Assembly: GCA_046485135.1 (NCBI GenBank)
Contig: JAWOHN010000118.1
Coordinates: 6,836-70,835 of the forward strand
Source of the DNA: Anaerolineales bacterium
Lineage (GTDB): Bacteria; Chloroflexota; Anaerolineae; Anaerolineales; UBA4823
DNA: 64,000 bases
Direction of reading: 5' to 3'
The notes below the pieces were generated by a model, which saw nothing but the letters and a program-made list of their open reading frames with translations, ran no database searches and had not been told where the DNA came from. The translations under genes were made by a program, and so were the position numbers. This document shows, in pieces, positions 9,383 to 18,677 of the stretch. How positions within the stretch are numbered: position 1 is the first letter of the stretch; every line of letters begins with the position of its first letter.

Positions 9383-11407
9383 ATGGAAAATTTTGATAAG
9401 CGCCGGATGCTTGCTAGCGGAGTGGGAGGAATTTTAAAAGGTTCCAGCCAGGAAGCCATTCGCCGGCTTCACAAACGAATCCGGCAGGTAAGTGATTCGC
9501 TCATTCTGGTTTTTTCTACCGGTAGAGCTCTGCCGGATATCCTGGAAGATCTTGATGAACACAACCTGCTACAGCCTGATTATATTATCTCCTCCTCAGG
9601 AACAGAAATCCACCGTCTACCGGGTGAATATCCCCAGGATGAGTGGTTTCAATACATCCGGCCTGGTTTCAAGCGTGAGAATATCCAACAGTTCCTGACA
9701 AAGCAATACCCTCATCTGGAATATCAACCAGATATCTACCAAACCGCATTGAAGGTCAGCTTCCTGCTTAAGGATGCCAAATCGGAAGAGCTTGACGAGA
9801 TCAAAACGGCCTTACTCGAAGCGGATTTACCGGCCAAATTGGTCTACTCGTCAGATCTCTATTTGGATGTCATTCCGGAAAGGGCCGGCACCGGGACAGC
9901 CTTGAAGTTCCTGGTGGATTCACTTGTTTTGATGCCAAATCAAGTATTCGTAGCCGGCAATAGCGGCAATGATGCCGGGCTCTTCCAGTATGGTTTTCGC
10001 GGGATCGTTGTGGCTAACGCCAGCCATGAATTAAAAGAAGAAGTAGAGCTGAGAGCGTATTTCAGCCACCGCTCCAATGCAGCCGGCTTATTGGAAGGGT
10101 TGGAGCATTATCGCTTTTTTGAAAGCGCTTCCTCTGCTCGCCCGCGCGATCTGACCAAGGAAGCGTTAGAGAGAGCGGTAGACTCTCTGCGGCGCAATAT
10201 CACTCCAATGGGCTTTTCTGCCGCCAGCCAGGTCGACAATAAATCAACTAAGGATGACTCGAATTATTTTTCCGTCTGGAGCCGCGATGGTATCATGACT
10301 GGCCTTTGGTCATTGAGTTTAAACGACCCCGAGCTGACCGAATGCTTCCGGCGAACTCTAGAGCTGATGGCCGAACACCAAACTCCTATCGGGCAGATTC
10401 CCGCCAACGTGCAAATTTCAAGCGGTATACCAGATTATTCAGGCGTGGGGAATATTGCCTCCATCGATTCTGTGCTCTGGTTTGTCATTGGAGCAAGTCG
10501 CTATGCTGCTTATACGGGAGACCGGACATTCCTGGAAAAAATTTATCCACACCTGGAACGCGCCGTGTATTGGCTGCATGCGCACGACTCGAACAATTGT
10601 GGCTTGCTGGAGATCCCGGAATCATCCGATTGGATGGATTTGTTCCCACGCTCATTCAATGTCCTGTACGACGAGGTCTTATGGTACTTGGCTTGCAAAG
10701 ATTTCAGTGTGATCAGCACGGTCATGGGCGATGGTCCGGGGGTTTATTACGATCTCAGCCAAACCATACGCCGTAAGCTGATCCGCCAGTTTTGGCCCAC
10801 GGCCCAAAACCTGTCTGATGCGTTGGAATCGTTTTCGGAAACCCAATTCACCGTAGGAGATGCACAGTACCTGTTGGCACAGATCAGCCCATTTGGGTTT
10901 TCCTGGCGTTGTGATGTGTACGCCAATTTACTGGCTTGCCTGGCAGGGATGTTAGACGAAGAAAAGATGGAACGGGTATTTCGCTTTTTATGGGGCGTTG
11001 GAGCAAACTCTCCCTACCCCATCAAATGCTGGTACCCGCCCATCATGTCGGGCGCCAATGACTGGAAAGACTATTTCGTGACGAACTTTCTGAATATACC
11101 CAATCACTATCACAATGGAGGCATCTGGCCATTCATTGGAGGGCTATGGGTACGCTATCTATCGCAAATCGGTAGAACAGAATTGGCTCATGAAGAACTC
11201 AACAACCTGGCCGATGCCTGCCGGTTGGGCATTTATGGAGAATGGGAGTTCAACGAATGGCTACACGGTGAAACAGGCCGGCCAATGGGTAAAGCTCACC
11301 AGGCTTGGAGCGCAGCCAGTTATGTGGCTGCCTGGAAAGCCCTCCACCAAGAAAGCGTTCCGGCCGATTTTGAACCCCTCCATGTCGAGATGTTTTCAAA
11401 AGATTGA
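9383..11407 (+). CDS. Fusion protein: degenerate SPP-like HAD domain plus GH100-type (alkaline/neutral invertase-like) alpha/alpha-barrel hydrolase
   Basis: 674 aa. The N-terminal part aligns to the neighbouring SPP, but motif I reads ASGVGGILKGS (both Asp lost) and motif IV reads GNSGND. The C-terminal part carries VWSRDG, IDSVLWFVIGASRY, ESSDWMDLFPRSFNVLYDEVLWY, HYHNGGIWPF and GKAHQAWSAASY. Confidence 0.7.
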   Translation: MENFDKRRMLASGVGGILKGSSQEAIRRLHKRIRQVSDSLILVFSTGRALPDILEDLDEHNLLQPDYIISSSGTEIHRLPGEYPQDEWFQYIRPGFKRENIQQFLTKQYPHLEYQPDIYQTALKVSFLLKDAKSEELDEIKTALLEADLPAKLVYSSDLYLDVIPERAGTGTALKFLVDSLVLMPNQVFVAGNSGNDAGLFQYGFRGIVVANASHELKEEVELRAYFSHRSNAAGLLEGLEHYRFFESASSARPRDLTKEALERAVDSLRRNITPMGFSAASQVDNKSTKDDSNYFSVWSRDGIMTGLWSLSLNDPELTECFRRTLELMAEHQTPIGQIPANVQISSGIPDYSGVGNIASIDSVLWFVIGASRYAAYTGDRTFLEKIYPHLERAVYWLHAHDSNNCGLLEIPESSDWMDLFPRSFNVLYDEVLWYLACKDFSVISTVMGDGPGVYYDLSQTIRRKLIRQFWPTAQNLSDALESFSETQFTVGDAQYLLAQISPFGFSWRCDVYANLLACLAGMLDEEKMERVFRFLWGVGANSPYPIKCWYPPIMSGANDWKDYFVTNFLNIPNHYHNGGIWPFIGGLWVRYLSQIGRTELAHEELNNLADACRLGIYGEWEFNEWLHGETGRPMGKAHQAWSAASYVAAWKALHQESVPADFEPLHVEMFSKD

Positions 11408-11455
11408 CGCAGAAAACTCGCACAAGTTTGGTCAAATAGAAGCGATGGAAATAAA

Positions 11456-12958
11456 GTGAAAGCCCCCCGTGATTATTTGATAGGGATTGATCTGGGCACC
11501 TCCAGCACCAAGACAGTAATCATCAACCGGCTAGGGCAGGTCGTTTCTTTGGCTACTCAAGAATATGGGATTGATCGGCCTCAACCGGATCATGCAGAGC
11601 AAGATCCTCAGACGTGGGTGGAAGCAGCCTGGAAAACGATCCGGTCAGCTCTTAGCCATGCGGGAATCGAGGCTAGGCAGGTGGGTGGGATCGGTATTGC
11701 CGGGCAGATGCACGGTACCGTGTGCCTGGACGCGCAGGGGACTCCAATACGACCGGCGATCATTTGGGCTGACCAACGTAGCCAGGCTCAGGTAGCTAAA
11801 GTTTACGCGCAAGTTGGGCGCCAGTGTTTGGGGGAATGGACAGCCAATCCATTGGCAACGGGTTTTATGCTGTCTTCCTGGCTATGGTTGTTGGAAAATG
11901 AGCCAGCAACAATCGAAAAAACCAATCTAGTGTTGCTCCCCAAAGACTTCCTGCGCTACAGGCTGACCGGCAATACCGGCAGCGAGCCCAGCGACGCCTC
12001 CGCCACCCTGCTGTTCGATACCGCCCAGCGTAACTGGAGCAGCGAGCTTATAAGCGCATTGGGACTCAAGCCGGCTTTGCTTCCGACAATCTATGAATCG
12101 GCTGAGATCGCGGGTGACCTGACGGCAGAAGCAGCAGCTATGACTGGCCTGCAATCAGGGACGCCGGTCGTTTATGGCGGTAGCGACCAGGCTTTACAGG
12201 CGCTGGGTCACGGCATTCTTGAACCTGGTCTGGTGTCGTGCACGATTGGCAGCGGTGGGCAGCTATTTGCCCCCACTACCCAACCGCTCTACGATCCTCA
12301 GCTACGGCTGCACCTGTTCTGTCATGCCGTACCTGGATTGTGGCATTTGGAAGCCGCCATCCTTTCTGCTGGGCTGTCCCTCAAATGGCTCCGAGATCAT
12401 CTGTACCCCCAAGATACATACCATTCCCTGGCTGAGACAGGATCCCAGGTTCAACCCGGAGCTGAAGAATTATTTTTCCTTCCTCACTTGATTGGAGAGC
12501 GCACTCCTTATATGGACAATCAGACCAAAGCTGCCTTTGTCGGATTAACGCTGCGCCATGGGCAAGGCCACCTGGTTAGAGCGGTCATGGAAGGTGTGGT
12601 CATGGCGCTTAAAATGGGTCTGGAGATCATGGTTGACGTGGGTATATCGCTTGAGCATATTGTGGCTTCTGGAGGTGGAACCCGCCATCCCTTGTGGCTT
12701 CAACTACAAGCGGATATCTTCAACCGACCCATTTACTGCACTGCAAATCTGGAGGCAGCTGCGATCGGTGCAGCTATCCTGGCAGGAAATGGCGTTGGGA
12801 TCTTCAGTGATATCGCCCAGACCAGCCAGGAGCTGGCAAGCTGGTCGAACAAAATAACCTACCCGGCGCCAGAAAATGCCCGCTATTATGAGCAAAGCTA
12901 CCATGTTTTTTCCCAGCTTTACCCTGCCATCAAAAAATATTACGTGAATTCGGTTTAA
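11456..12958 (+). CDS. FGGY-family carbohydrate kinase (xylulokinase-like)
   Basis: 500 aa, GTG start. Motifs: GIDLGTSSTKTV, GIGIAGQMHGTVCLD, IWADQRS, ASGGGTRHPLWLQLQADIF. Confidence 0.75.
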   Translation: MKAPRDYLIGIDLGTSSTKTVIINRLGQVVSLATQEYGIDRPQPDHAEQDPQTWVEAAWKTIRSALSHAGIEARQVGGIGIAGQMHGTVCLDAQGTPIRPAIIWADQRSQAQVAKVYAQVGRQCLGEWTANPLATGFMLSSWLWLLENEPATIEKTNLVLLPKDFLRYRLTGNTGSEPSDASATLLFDTAQRNWSSELISALGLKPALLPTIYESAEIAGDLTAEAAAMTGLQSGTPVVYGGSDQALQALGHGILEPGLVSCTIGSGGQLFAPTTQPLYDPQLRLHLFCHAVPGLWHLEAAILSAGLSLKWLRDHLYPQDTYHSLAETGSQVQPGAEELFFLPHLIGERTPYMDNQTKAAFVGLTLRHGQGHLVRAVMEGVVMALKMGLEIMVDVGISLEHIVASGGGTRHPLWLQLQADIFNRPIYCTANLEAAAIGAAILAGNGVGIFSDIAQTSQELASWSNKITYPAPENARYYEQSYHVFSQLYPAIKKYYVNSV

Positions 12959-13019
12959 GTGGAATTTTTGCATGTTTCGCGCGGCTCTGCCACACGAGAC
13001 ACCCCCCCAAAAATTCCAC
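12959..13019. repeat. Inverted repeat with 11-bp perfect arms and a 39-nt loop, starting right after the kinase stop codon
   Basis: GTGGAATTTTT (12959-12969) pairs with AAAAATTCCAC (13009-13019). The loop is GC-rich and contains a C7 run. Confidence 0.6.
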
Positions 13020-13043
13020 CTTATTTTCATTGTCCTAAACGAA

Positions 13044-13067
13044 AGACACCCCATACCTGGAGTGTCT
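13044..13067 (-). terminator. Hairpin terminator downstream of the tRNA
   Basis: Minus strand reads AGACAC-loop-GTGTCT followed by TTCGTTT. Confidence 0.45.
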
Positions 13068-13096
13068 GAAATGGGATGGCTCCCTAAGAGTATTTA

Positions 13097-13170
13097 GGTG
13101 GCGAGGGCGGGACTCGATCCCGCAACCAACGGCTTATGAGTCCGCTGCTCTACCTTTGAGCTACCTCGCC
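13097..13170 (-). tRNA. tRNA with CAU anticodon (elongator Met or lysidine-dependent Ile2; the anticodon arm resembles Ile2)
   Basis: Minus strand folds as a cloverleaf: GGCGAGG TA GCTC AAAGGTA GAGC A GCGGA CTCATAA GCCGT TGGTT GCGGG ATCGAGT CCCGC CCTCGCC A CC. CCA is not fully encoded. Confidence 0.85.
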
Positions 13171-13184
13171 CTATAAGCGGCATG

Positions 13185-13213
13185 ATATTACTATGCTATT
13201 TCTTTTTTGTCAA
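13185..13213 (-). promoter_or_regulatory. Near-consensus sigma70-type promoter for the tRNA
   Basis: Minus strand: TTGACA, 17-nt spacer, TAATAT. The -10 ends 14 nt before tRNA position 1. Confidence 0.65.
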
Positions 13214-13301
13214 CTCCACCGGAAGGTGGGAAGGGGGTAAGCACTCAAAGGTTGTCCCCAAAATTTTTGGAGGCAGGCGGCATCCACCAAGAAACCAAGA
13301 T

Positions 13302-13874
13302 CTACCCATCGGTATTTCTGGCAACAAGGCTGGCAACTGCACGAGAATGTCCCCGATCGTCAAGGATCCAGCCCTCACGATAAACCAGGATTTGCATGCT
13401 TTGAAAAGCACACCGCAACTCGCCAGGCGCCAACAAGTATTTAGGATCTATGTCGGGGGACTGTTCAAGCATATCCAGGGTCAACGACTCAAACACCAGG
13501 ATCCCCCCTGGGCGCAGGGCGCGCTGGTAAACCGGCCATAAATCGCGTTGCAAATAATAAAAGTTGACAATGAGATCGAAATAACGCTGTGGAAAATGGA
13601 AATGCGTCAGGTCTGCCACCAAGGCCATCAGCGCGGGAAAACGGCCTTTGGCGCATGATACCGCAACTTCTGATATATCCACCCCTACTACTTTAAGGCC
13701 ACGCTCTAGCAAAAAACTGGTGTTATTCCCCCGTCCCATAGCCACATCCAGTGCCAGTCCTTGCTCAGGTAGATGAGCCGCGTTCTGAACTAAAAAGGAG
13801 CGTGGGGATCCGGGGGTTTTGAATACGTCTTGTTGGTAACGTTTGTTCCACCTGTGAGCATCTGAAATGGGCAT
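13302..13874 (-). CDS. Class I SAM-dependent methyltransferase
   Basis: 190 aa. SAM-binding motif ALDVAMGRGNNTSFLLERGLKVVGVDIS. Confidence 0.75.
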   Translation of the reverse strand: MPISDAHRWNKRYQQDVFKTPGSPRSFLVQNAAHLPEQGLALDVAMGRGNNTSFLLERGLKVVGVDISEVAVSCAKGRFPALMALVADLTHFHFPQRYFDLIVNFYYLQRDLWPVYQRALRPGGILVFESLTLDMLEQSPDIDPKYLLAPGELRCAFQSMQILVYREGWILDDRGHSRAVASLVARNTDG

Positions 13875-13907
13875 GGCTCTCGCATCAATTTTCTAGCTGC
13901 CCACCAC

Positions 13908-14888
13908 TCAACGGTGTCTTTGAACGATGTACGCTGCCAGCTCTTCCAGAGCCAGGCGTTCCTGGTTCAAAGGTAATTGCCTAAGGGCAATTAACCCCTG
14001 GTCGACAAACTGTTTTGCTTCATCAAGCGCCAGGTTGACAGCATCGCTTTCTCGAACGGATTTTGCCAGGCGCTCCATATCCACCTCGGCATAGGTCTTC
14101 CCATTCAAGACCGCCCTGGCATCCGGGTCGTCTGGGTGAGTCTCCAGGTAGCACAGAGTTGGCAAGGTGATCAACCCCTGACGTAGATCGTTGGCAATCG
14201 GCTTGCCCATACTTACCTGCTCTCCAGTGAAATCCAGGATATCATCCACGATTTGAAACGCCATTCCAATCCCATAACCGTATTGTGATACCAGCTTTAC
14301 CACCCCATCGCCAATTGGGCTAAGAACAGCAGCAGCTGAGGTAGCCAACTCAAACATTGAAGCCGTTTTGGCGTGGATGCGGTTGAAATAATCTTCCCGG
14401 CTGGCCTTTCCACGGCTGGCAAAAAGCTGGATGATCTCACCGTTGACAATAGTTGCCAGTGTCTCAGAAAACATTCTCATTACTTCAACAGATTTGGTTT
14501 GGGAAGCCAATACAGCCGCTCGTGCAAATATAAAATCCCCGGTCAAGACCGTTGCCGCGGGAGACCAATTGGCATTGATTGTTGGAATACCACGCCTTAA
14601 AAGCGAGCCATCAATCAGGTCATCGTGAACAAGTGTGGCTGTATGCAAGAGCTCGATGGCTGCTGATAAAGTAATTAATCTGCCCTTATCCCCACCTAAC
14701 ATGCCACCGGTTAACAATGCAACCGCCGGGCGAACTCGCTTACCACCGGAGGACAGCAAATGACTCAAGGCTGCACCCAACTCAGAATGGTGCCCATGAG
14801 ATTGAGCTTGCATCAGGTCCTCAACCTTGTTGATCAATTCTTGAACAGGAGAGAAAAAATTTATCGTTGTCAAGCCATTACTCACCAA
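13908..14888 (-). CDS. Polyprenyl diphosphate synthase (trans-IPPS, medium/long chain)
   Basis: 326 aa. First and second Asp-rich motifs: LHTATLVHDDLID and FQIVDDILDF. Confidence 0.85.
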   Translation of the reverse strand: MVSNGLTTINFFSPVQELINKVEDLMQAQSHGHHSELGAALSHLLSSGGKRVRPAVALLTGGMLGGDKGRLITLSAAIELLHTATLVHDDLIDGSLLRRGIPTINANWSPAATVLTGDFIFARAAVLASQTKSVEVMRMFSETLATIVNGEIIQLFASRGKASREDYFNRIHAKTASMFELATSAAAVLSPIGDGVVKLVSQYGYGIGMAFQIVDDILDFTGEQVSMGKPIANDLRQGLITLPTLCYLETHPDDPDARAVLNGKTYAEVDMERLAKSVRESDAVNLALDEAKQFVDQGLIALRQLPLNQERLALEELAAYIVQRHR

Positions 14889-15694
14889 TTAAATAATCGA
14901 CCGGCATTCTCGGAAGTTATTCGGGCAATCTCATCCACTGGACCGGAATGCAGCTCCGCGACCTTCTCAGCAACCCGGCGAACCAAAGCCGGCTCATTGC
15001 GCTGACCGCGCATGGGATGGGGAGTCAGGAAAGGCGCATCTGTTTCGATCAGCAAATGCTCGACTGGTAGGGAAGCAACAACCTGTTGCAGCTCAGCTGC
15101 ATTCCGAAATGTTACAGGCCCGGTTATGCCGATGTAAAAGTTAATCGCAATGGCCTTAAGGCCATTCGCTTCATCATCAGAATAAGAATGCAGCACTCCA
15201 GGTCGTTCTGCAAGAGCCGATCCATCATCAACCAATTGAGCCTGCCATTCTGTTAACATATTTAGTACATCCGCAGTGGCTTGCCGGTTATGGATCACTA
15301 CCGGCAGCCCCAACTCTGCGGCCAAGTCCAAATGCAGCCGGAAAATGCGCTGTTGGATTTCTGGCGGAGCTTGATCGCGATAATAGTCTAAACCAATCTC
15401 TCCAATTGCCACAACTTTTGGATGAGAAGCTAACTCTCTCAATCGTGGCAGGGTGTTTTGGTTAAACGTGCTGGCCGAATGTGGATGAATACCAACCGCT
15501 GCGTAAACTTCTGCATATTCCTCAGCCAGCGTAACCGCAGCCTGGCTGGAAGCCAGATCAATTCCAGGGTTTAGAATATACTTCACTCCAGCTTTTCGAG
15601 CTCGGTCAACAACCTGAGTCCGATCCTCATCAAATAGCTGGAAATCTAAATGACAGTGCGTATCTACGAGCGGGTGACCAACTCCAGATGCCAC
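14882..15694 (-). CDS. tatD: TatD-family metal-dependent hydrolase
   Basis: 270 aa. Motifs: VDTHCHLDF, GEIGLDYY, PVVIHNR, LLIETDAPFL. Confidence 0.85.
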   Translation of the reverse strand: MASGVGHPLVDTHCHLDFQLFDEDRTQVVDRARKAGVKYILNPGIDLASSQAAVTLAEEYAEVYAAVGIHPHSASTFNQNTLPRLRELASHPKVVAIGEIGLDYYRDQAPPEIQQRIFRLHLDLAAELGLPVVIHNRQATADVLNMLTEWQAQLVDDGSALAERPGVLHSYSDDEANGLKAIAINFYIGITGPVTFRNAAELQQVVASLPVEHLLIETDAPFLTPHPMRGQRNEPALVRRVAEKVAELHSGPVDEIARITSENAGRLFNW

Positions 15695-17116
15695 TTATTT
15701 TAAACCTGCCACCCGTAATCCATCCACCAGGATATCCTGCACTTTCTCCGGGTGAGTTGTCTCAGTATACACCCTGATGATGGGCTCAGTTCCTGAGAAT
15801 CGGATCAATAACCAGCCGCCATCTTCCAGATTGAATTTAAAGCCATCCGATGTATCTAAGCCGGTGACTTTCAGGCCTCCCATTGTCTTTGGTTTTGCAT
15901 CCAGGATCTTTTTTTCTCTAAACGACCGGTCTCCACTAAATTGAGTGTCAATGCGGTCGTAGTAATGCGCTCCGACCTTATCAAAAAGCCGTTCAATTAA
16001 CTGAGAGGGTTTTGCTTTTAATTTAACCATCATATCCAAGATCAACAACCCAGCCAGGATACCGTCACGCTCTGGAACGTGGTTGGCAAAGGCATAACCG
16101 CCCGACTCTTCTCCACCGATCATGGCATTGGTTTCTACCATTTTAGGAGCTACGTACTTGAAGCCTACCCCGGTATCATATACCGGAACGCCATACATTT
16201 TACCCAATTTATTCAACATATTGGTAGTGGAAAGTGTCTTGACAATCGGTCCGCGCTCTCCCCTCACCTCCAGCAGATAGTACGCCAGGAGGGCAAAAAC
16301 CCTTAACTGGTTTATAAATTCACCGCCCTCATCGCCGACCCCTACCCGATCAGCATCTCCATCCAAAATCAGCAGAACATCCGCGTCCCTTTCCAAAGCG
16401 GCACGCAAACCCGCATCGATATTCGGGGGAATCGGCTCCGGTCGCGACATCTCTGGGAACAGGGGGTTGCGTGTTTCATGGATTTCTTCGACAACCGTCC
16501 TACCTCCTTGCAAGATGCGCGGGAACCAACCGGCCCCATTCCCCCACATTGGATCTACCAACACTTTAAGACCAGCATCTTTGATGGGCTGTAAATCAAT
16601 CAAACGGTTTAATTGCTCAATATACTTTGGAGCTGGGTCAAAGCGGAGGACCATGCCCTCTTTTTCCGCTTCAGCGATGGGAATCCGTTTTACTGAGGAG
16701 ACGAGCTCAGGAATGCGGGCTTCAATTTCCATTAACCCATCCGGATCGATTGCACCGCCATTTGAATCACGGACCTTGAAACCATTATCAGTAGGAGGAT
16801 TATGCGAGGCAGTGATATTAACCGCCGCAACTGCTTTCTTTTCAACGACAGAATATGAGATCACCGGGGTAGGGGTTGCCCGGTCGGTAAGATATACCTG
16901 CAGCCCGTTGGCAGACAGGACTTCCGCGACTGCTTCAGCAAAATTTTCTGAATGGAAACGCCGGTCGTAGCCAACAACAACCCACTTGTTTTGATGACCC
17001 TTATCAATTAAATAGCTGGCAAAGCCCTGGGCACAACGGCGCAAGTTATCAAATGTATAATCCTCGGCGATCAAACCACGCCAACCGTCTGTCCCAAAGC
17101 GAATTTCCTTAGGCAT
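15695..17116 (-). CDS. Phosphoglucomutase/phosphomannomutase family protein
   Basis: 473 aa. Motifs: [16 protein letters not shown] (active-site Ser loop), DGDADR, GGEESGG. Confidence 0.85.
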   Translation of the reverse strand: MPKEIRFGTDGWRGLIAEDYTFDNLRRCAQGFASYLIDKGHQNKWVVVGYDRRFHSENFAEAVAEVLSANGLQVYLTDRATPTPVISYSVVEKKAVAAVNITASHNPPTDNGFKVRDSNGGAIDPDGLMEIEARIPELVSSVKRIPIAEAEKEGMVLRFDPAPKYIEQLNRLIDLQPIKDAGLKVLVDPMWGNGAGWFPRILQGGRTVVEEIHETRNPLFPEMSRPEPIPPNIDAGLRAALERDADVLLILDGDADRVGVGDEGGEFINQLRVFALLAYYLLEVRGERGPIVKTLSTTNMLNKLGKMYGVPVYDTGVGFKYVAPKMVETNAMIGGEESGGYAFANHVPERDGILAGLLILDMMVKLKAKPSQLIERLFDKVGAHYYDRIDTQFSGDRSFREKKILDAKPKTMGGLKVTGLDTSDGFKFNLEDGGWLLIRFSGTEPIIRVYTETTHPEKVQDILVDGLRVAGLK

Positions 17117-17344
17117 TCCCTCCTCCTTAAAAATAGTGAGAATAAGTACAAGTCAATTATATCAGGGGATAATCCAGGTCGGGAGGATTATTTCAGATAA
17201 AATTGCTATGAAATGGATGATCAAATGATCTCCAATATAATCCGTGGTAGCTATTCATTTGACTGGCGGTTTTTCACAGCTGAACAGGTGCCACCAAAAT
17301 AAGATAATACCTATCATAATATCTCTTTCTGCACAGGTCAAGCG

Positions 17345-17353
17345 TGCTATAAT
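17345..17353 (+). promoter_or_regulatory. Candidate extended -10 promoter element (TGCTATAAT) upstream of the cysteine desulfurase gene
   Basis: TGnTATAAT lies ~70 nt upstream of ATG 17425. There is no good -35. Confidence 0.35.
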
Positions 17354-17424
17354 GCTCGTGAATATCAGCATCTACGAATAACTACGCATCCCTTCCATCT
17401 CTTCAGAAGGATACAAAAATTGCA

Positions 17425-18606
17425 ATGGAAACCAAAATGGGCGCTCACCCCACAAAAATATATCTGGACTACGCTGCCACAACACCCGTCGACAAGCGCG
17501 TGGTAGAGGCAATGTTGCCATATTTTACCGACACCTTTGGGAATCCTTCGTCTGTACATAGTTTTGGTCAAGCAGCTGAGGCTGCCTTGGAAAGCGCACG
17601 CGAGATGATCGCCCAGCAGCTCAACTGTCAACCAGGGGAGGTGATCTTCACTTCTTGCGGATCGGAAAGCGACAACCTGGCCTTACGTGGGGCAGCCCTG
17701 GCAGCCAAAGCCAAACGTGGCGCCAACCATATCTTAATCAGCCCAGTAGAACATCATGCAATCTCCCGCACTGCAGAGCAATTAGCGCTTCTTCACAACT
17801 TTGAAGTGGAATATCTGCCGGTGGATGAAACCGGAATTGTCCACGAAGATGACGTGGCGAAGCGCCTGCGCCCAGACACAGCCCTGGTTTCGGTGATTTA
17901 TGCCAATAATGAAATCGGGTCGGTCAACCCCATTGCTGAAATTGGGCGGACTTGCAGAAAGTGTGACATACCTTTCCACACCGATGCTGTTCAAGCAACA
18001 TCTTATTTACCTGTCGATGTTCAGGCCTTGAACGTGGATCTAATGTCCTTGGGAGCACATAAATTCTACGGTCCCAAAGGGGTTGGAGCATTGTACGTCC
18101 GGAAAGGCACTCCCCTCTTAGCAGCTCAAACCGGCGGTGGTCAAGAGAACGGGTTGCGCGCCGGCACCAGCAATATCCCCTATATTGTTGGAATGGCAGA
18201 AGCCCTCTACATCGCTCAACAGGAACGAGAGTCCAACACAAGAGGCCTACTGCAATTGCGGGATCATCTGATCGGTGAAGCTCTAGAGACCGTTCCAGAC
18301 AGCCGCTTGACAGGCCATCCCTCCAAGCGCCTGCCCAACCACGCCAGCTTCGCTTTTAAAAACGTCGACGGCAACGCTCTACTGATGTTGCTGGACGTGG
18401 CCGGTTTCGCCTGCTCCTCCGGCTCTGCCTGTAAGACCGGAGACCCCGAACCATCAGAAGTATTGACGGCTTTAGGTTTGAGGAAGACGTGGGCGCTGGG
18501 CTCGCTGCGTGTCACTTTAGGGAAAGATACCACAGTGGGGCAGATTGAAGCATTCATAAACACATTACCTGAATTAATCCAACGGGTGCGACAGTTGAAT
18601 GAATAG
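17425..18606 (+). CDS. Cysteine desulfurase (NifS/IscS class)
   Basis: 393 aa. Motifs: IYLDYAATTP, SLGAHKFYGPKGVGALY (PLP Lys), SSGSAC (catalytic Cys loop). Confidence 0.85.
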   Translation: METKMGAHPTKIYLDYAATTPVDKRVVEAMLPYFTDTFGNPSSVHSFGQAAEAALESAREMIAQQLNCQPGEVIFTSCGSESDNLALRGAALAAKAKRGANHILISPVEHHAISRTAEQLALLHNFEVEYLPVDETGIVHEDDVAKRLRPDTALVSVIYANNEIGSVNPIAEIGRTCRKCDIPFHTDAVQATSYLPVDVQALNVDLMSLGAHKFYGPKGVGALYVRKGTPLLAAQTGGGQENGLRAGTSNIPYIVGMAEALYIAQQERESNTRGLLQLRDHLIGEALETVPDSRLTGHPSKRLPNHASFAFKNVDGNALLMLLDVAGFACSSGSACKTGDPEPSEVLTALGLRKTWALGSLRVTLGKDTTVGQIEAFINTLPELIQRVRQLNE

Positions 18607-18677
18607 GCAAGCATCCAAGGTATTTGACATTTTGTAGTATTCAAAGTTACATTCGAAAGGATTTCCTAAGAATCTGG

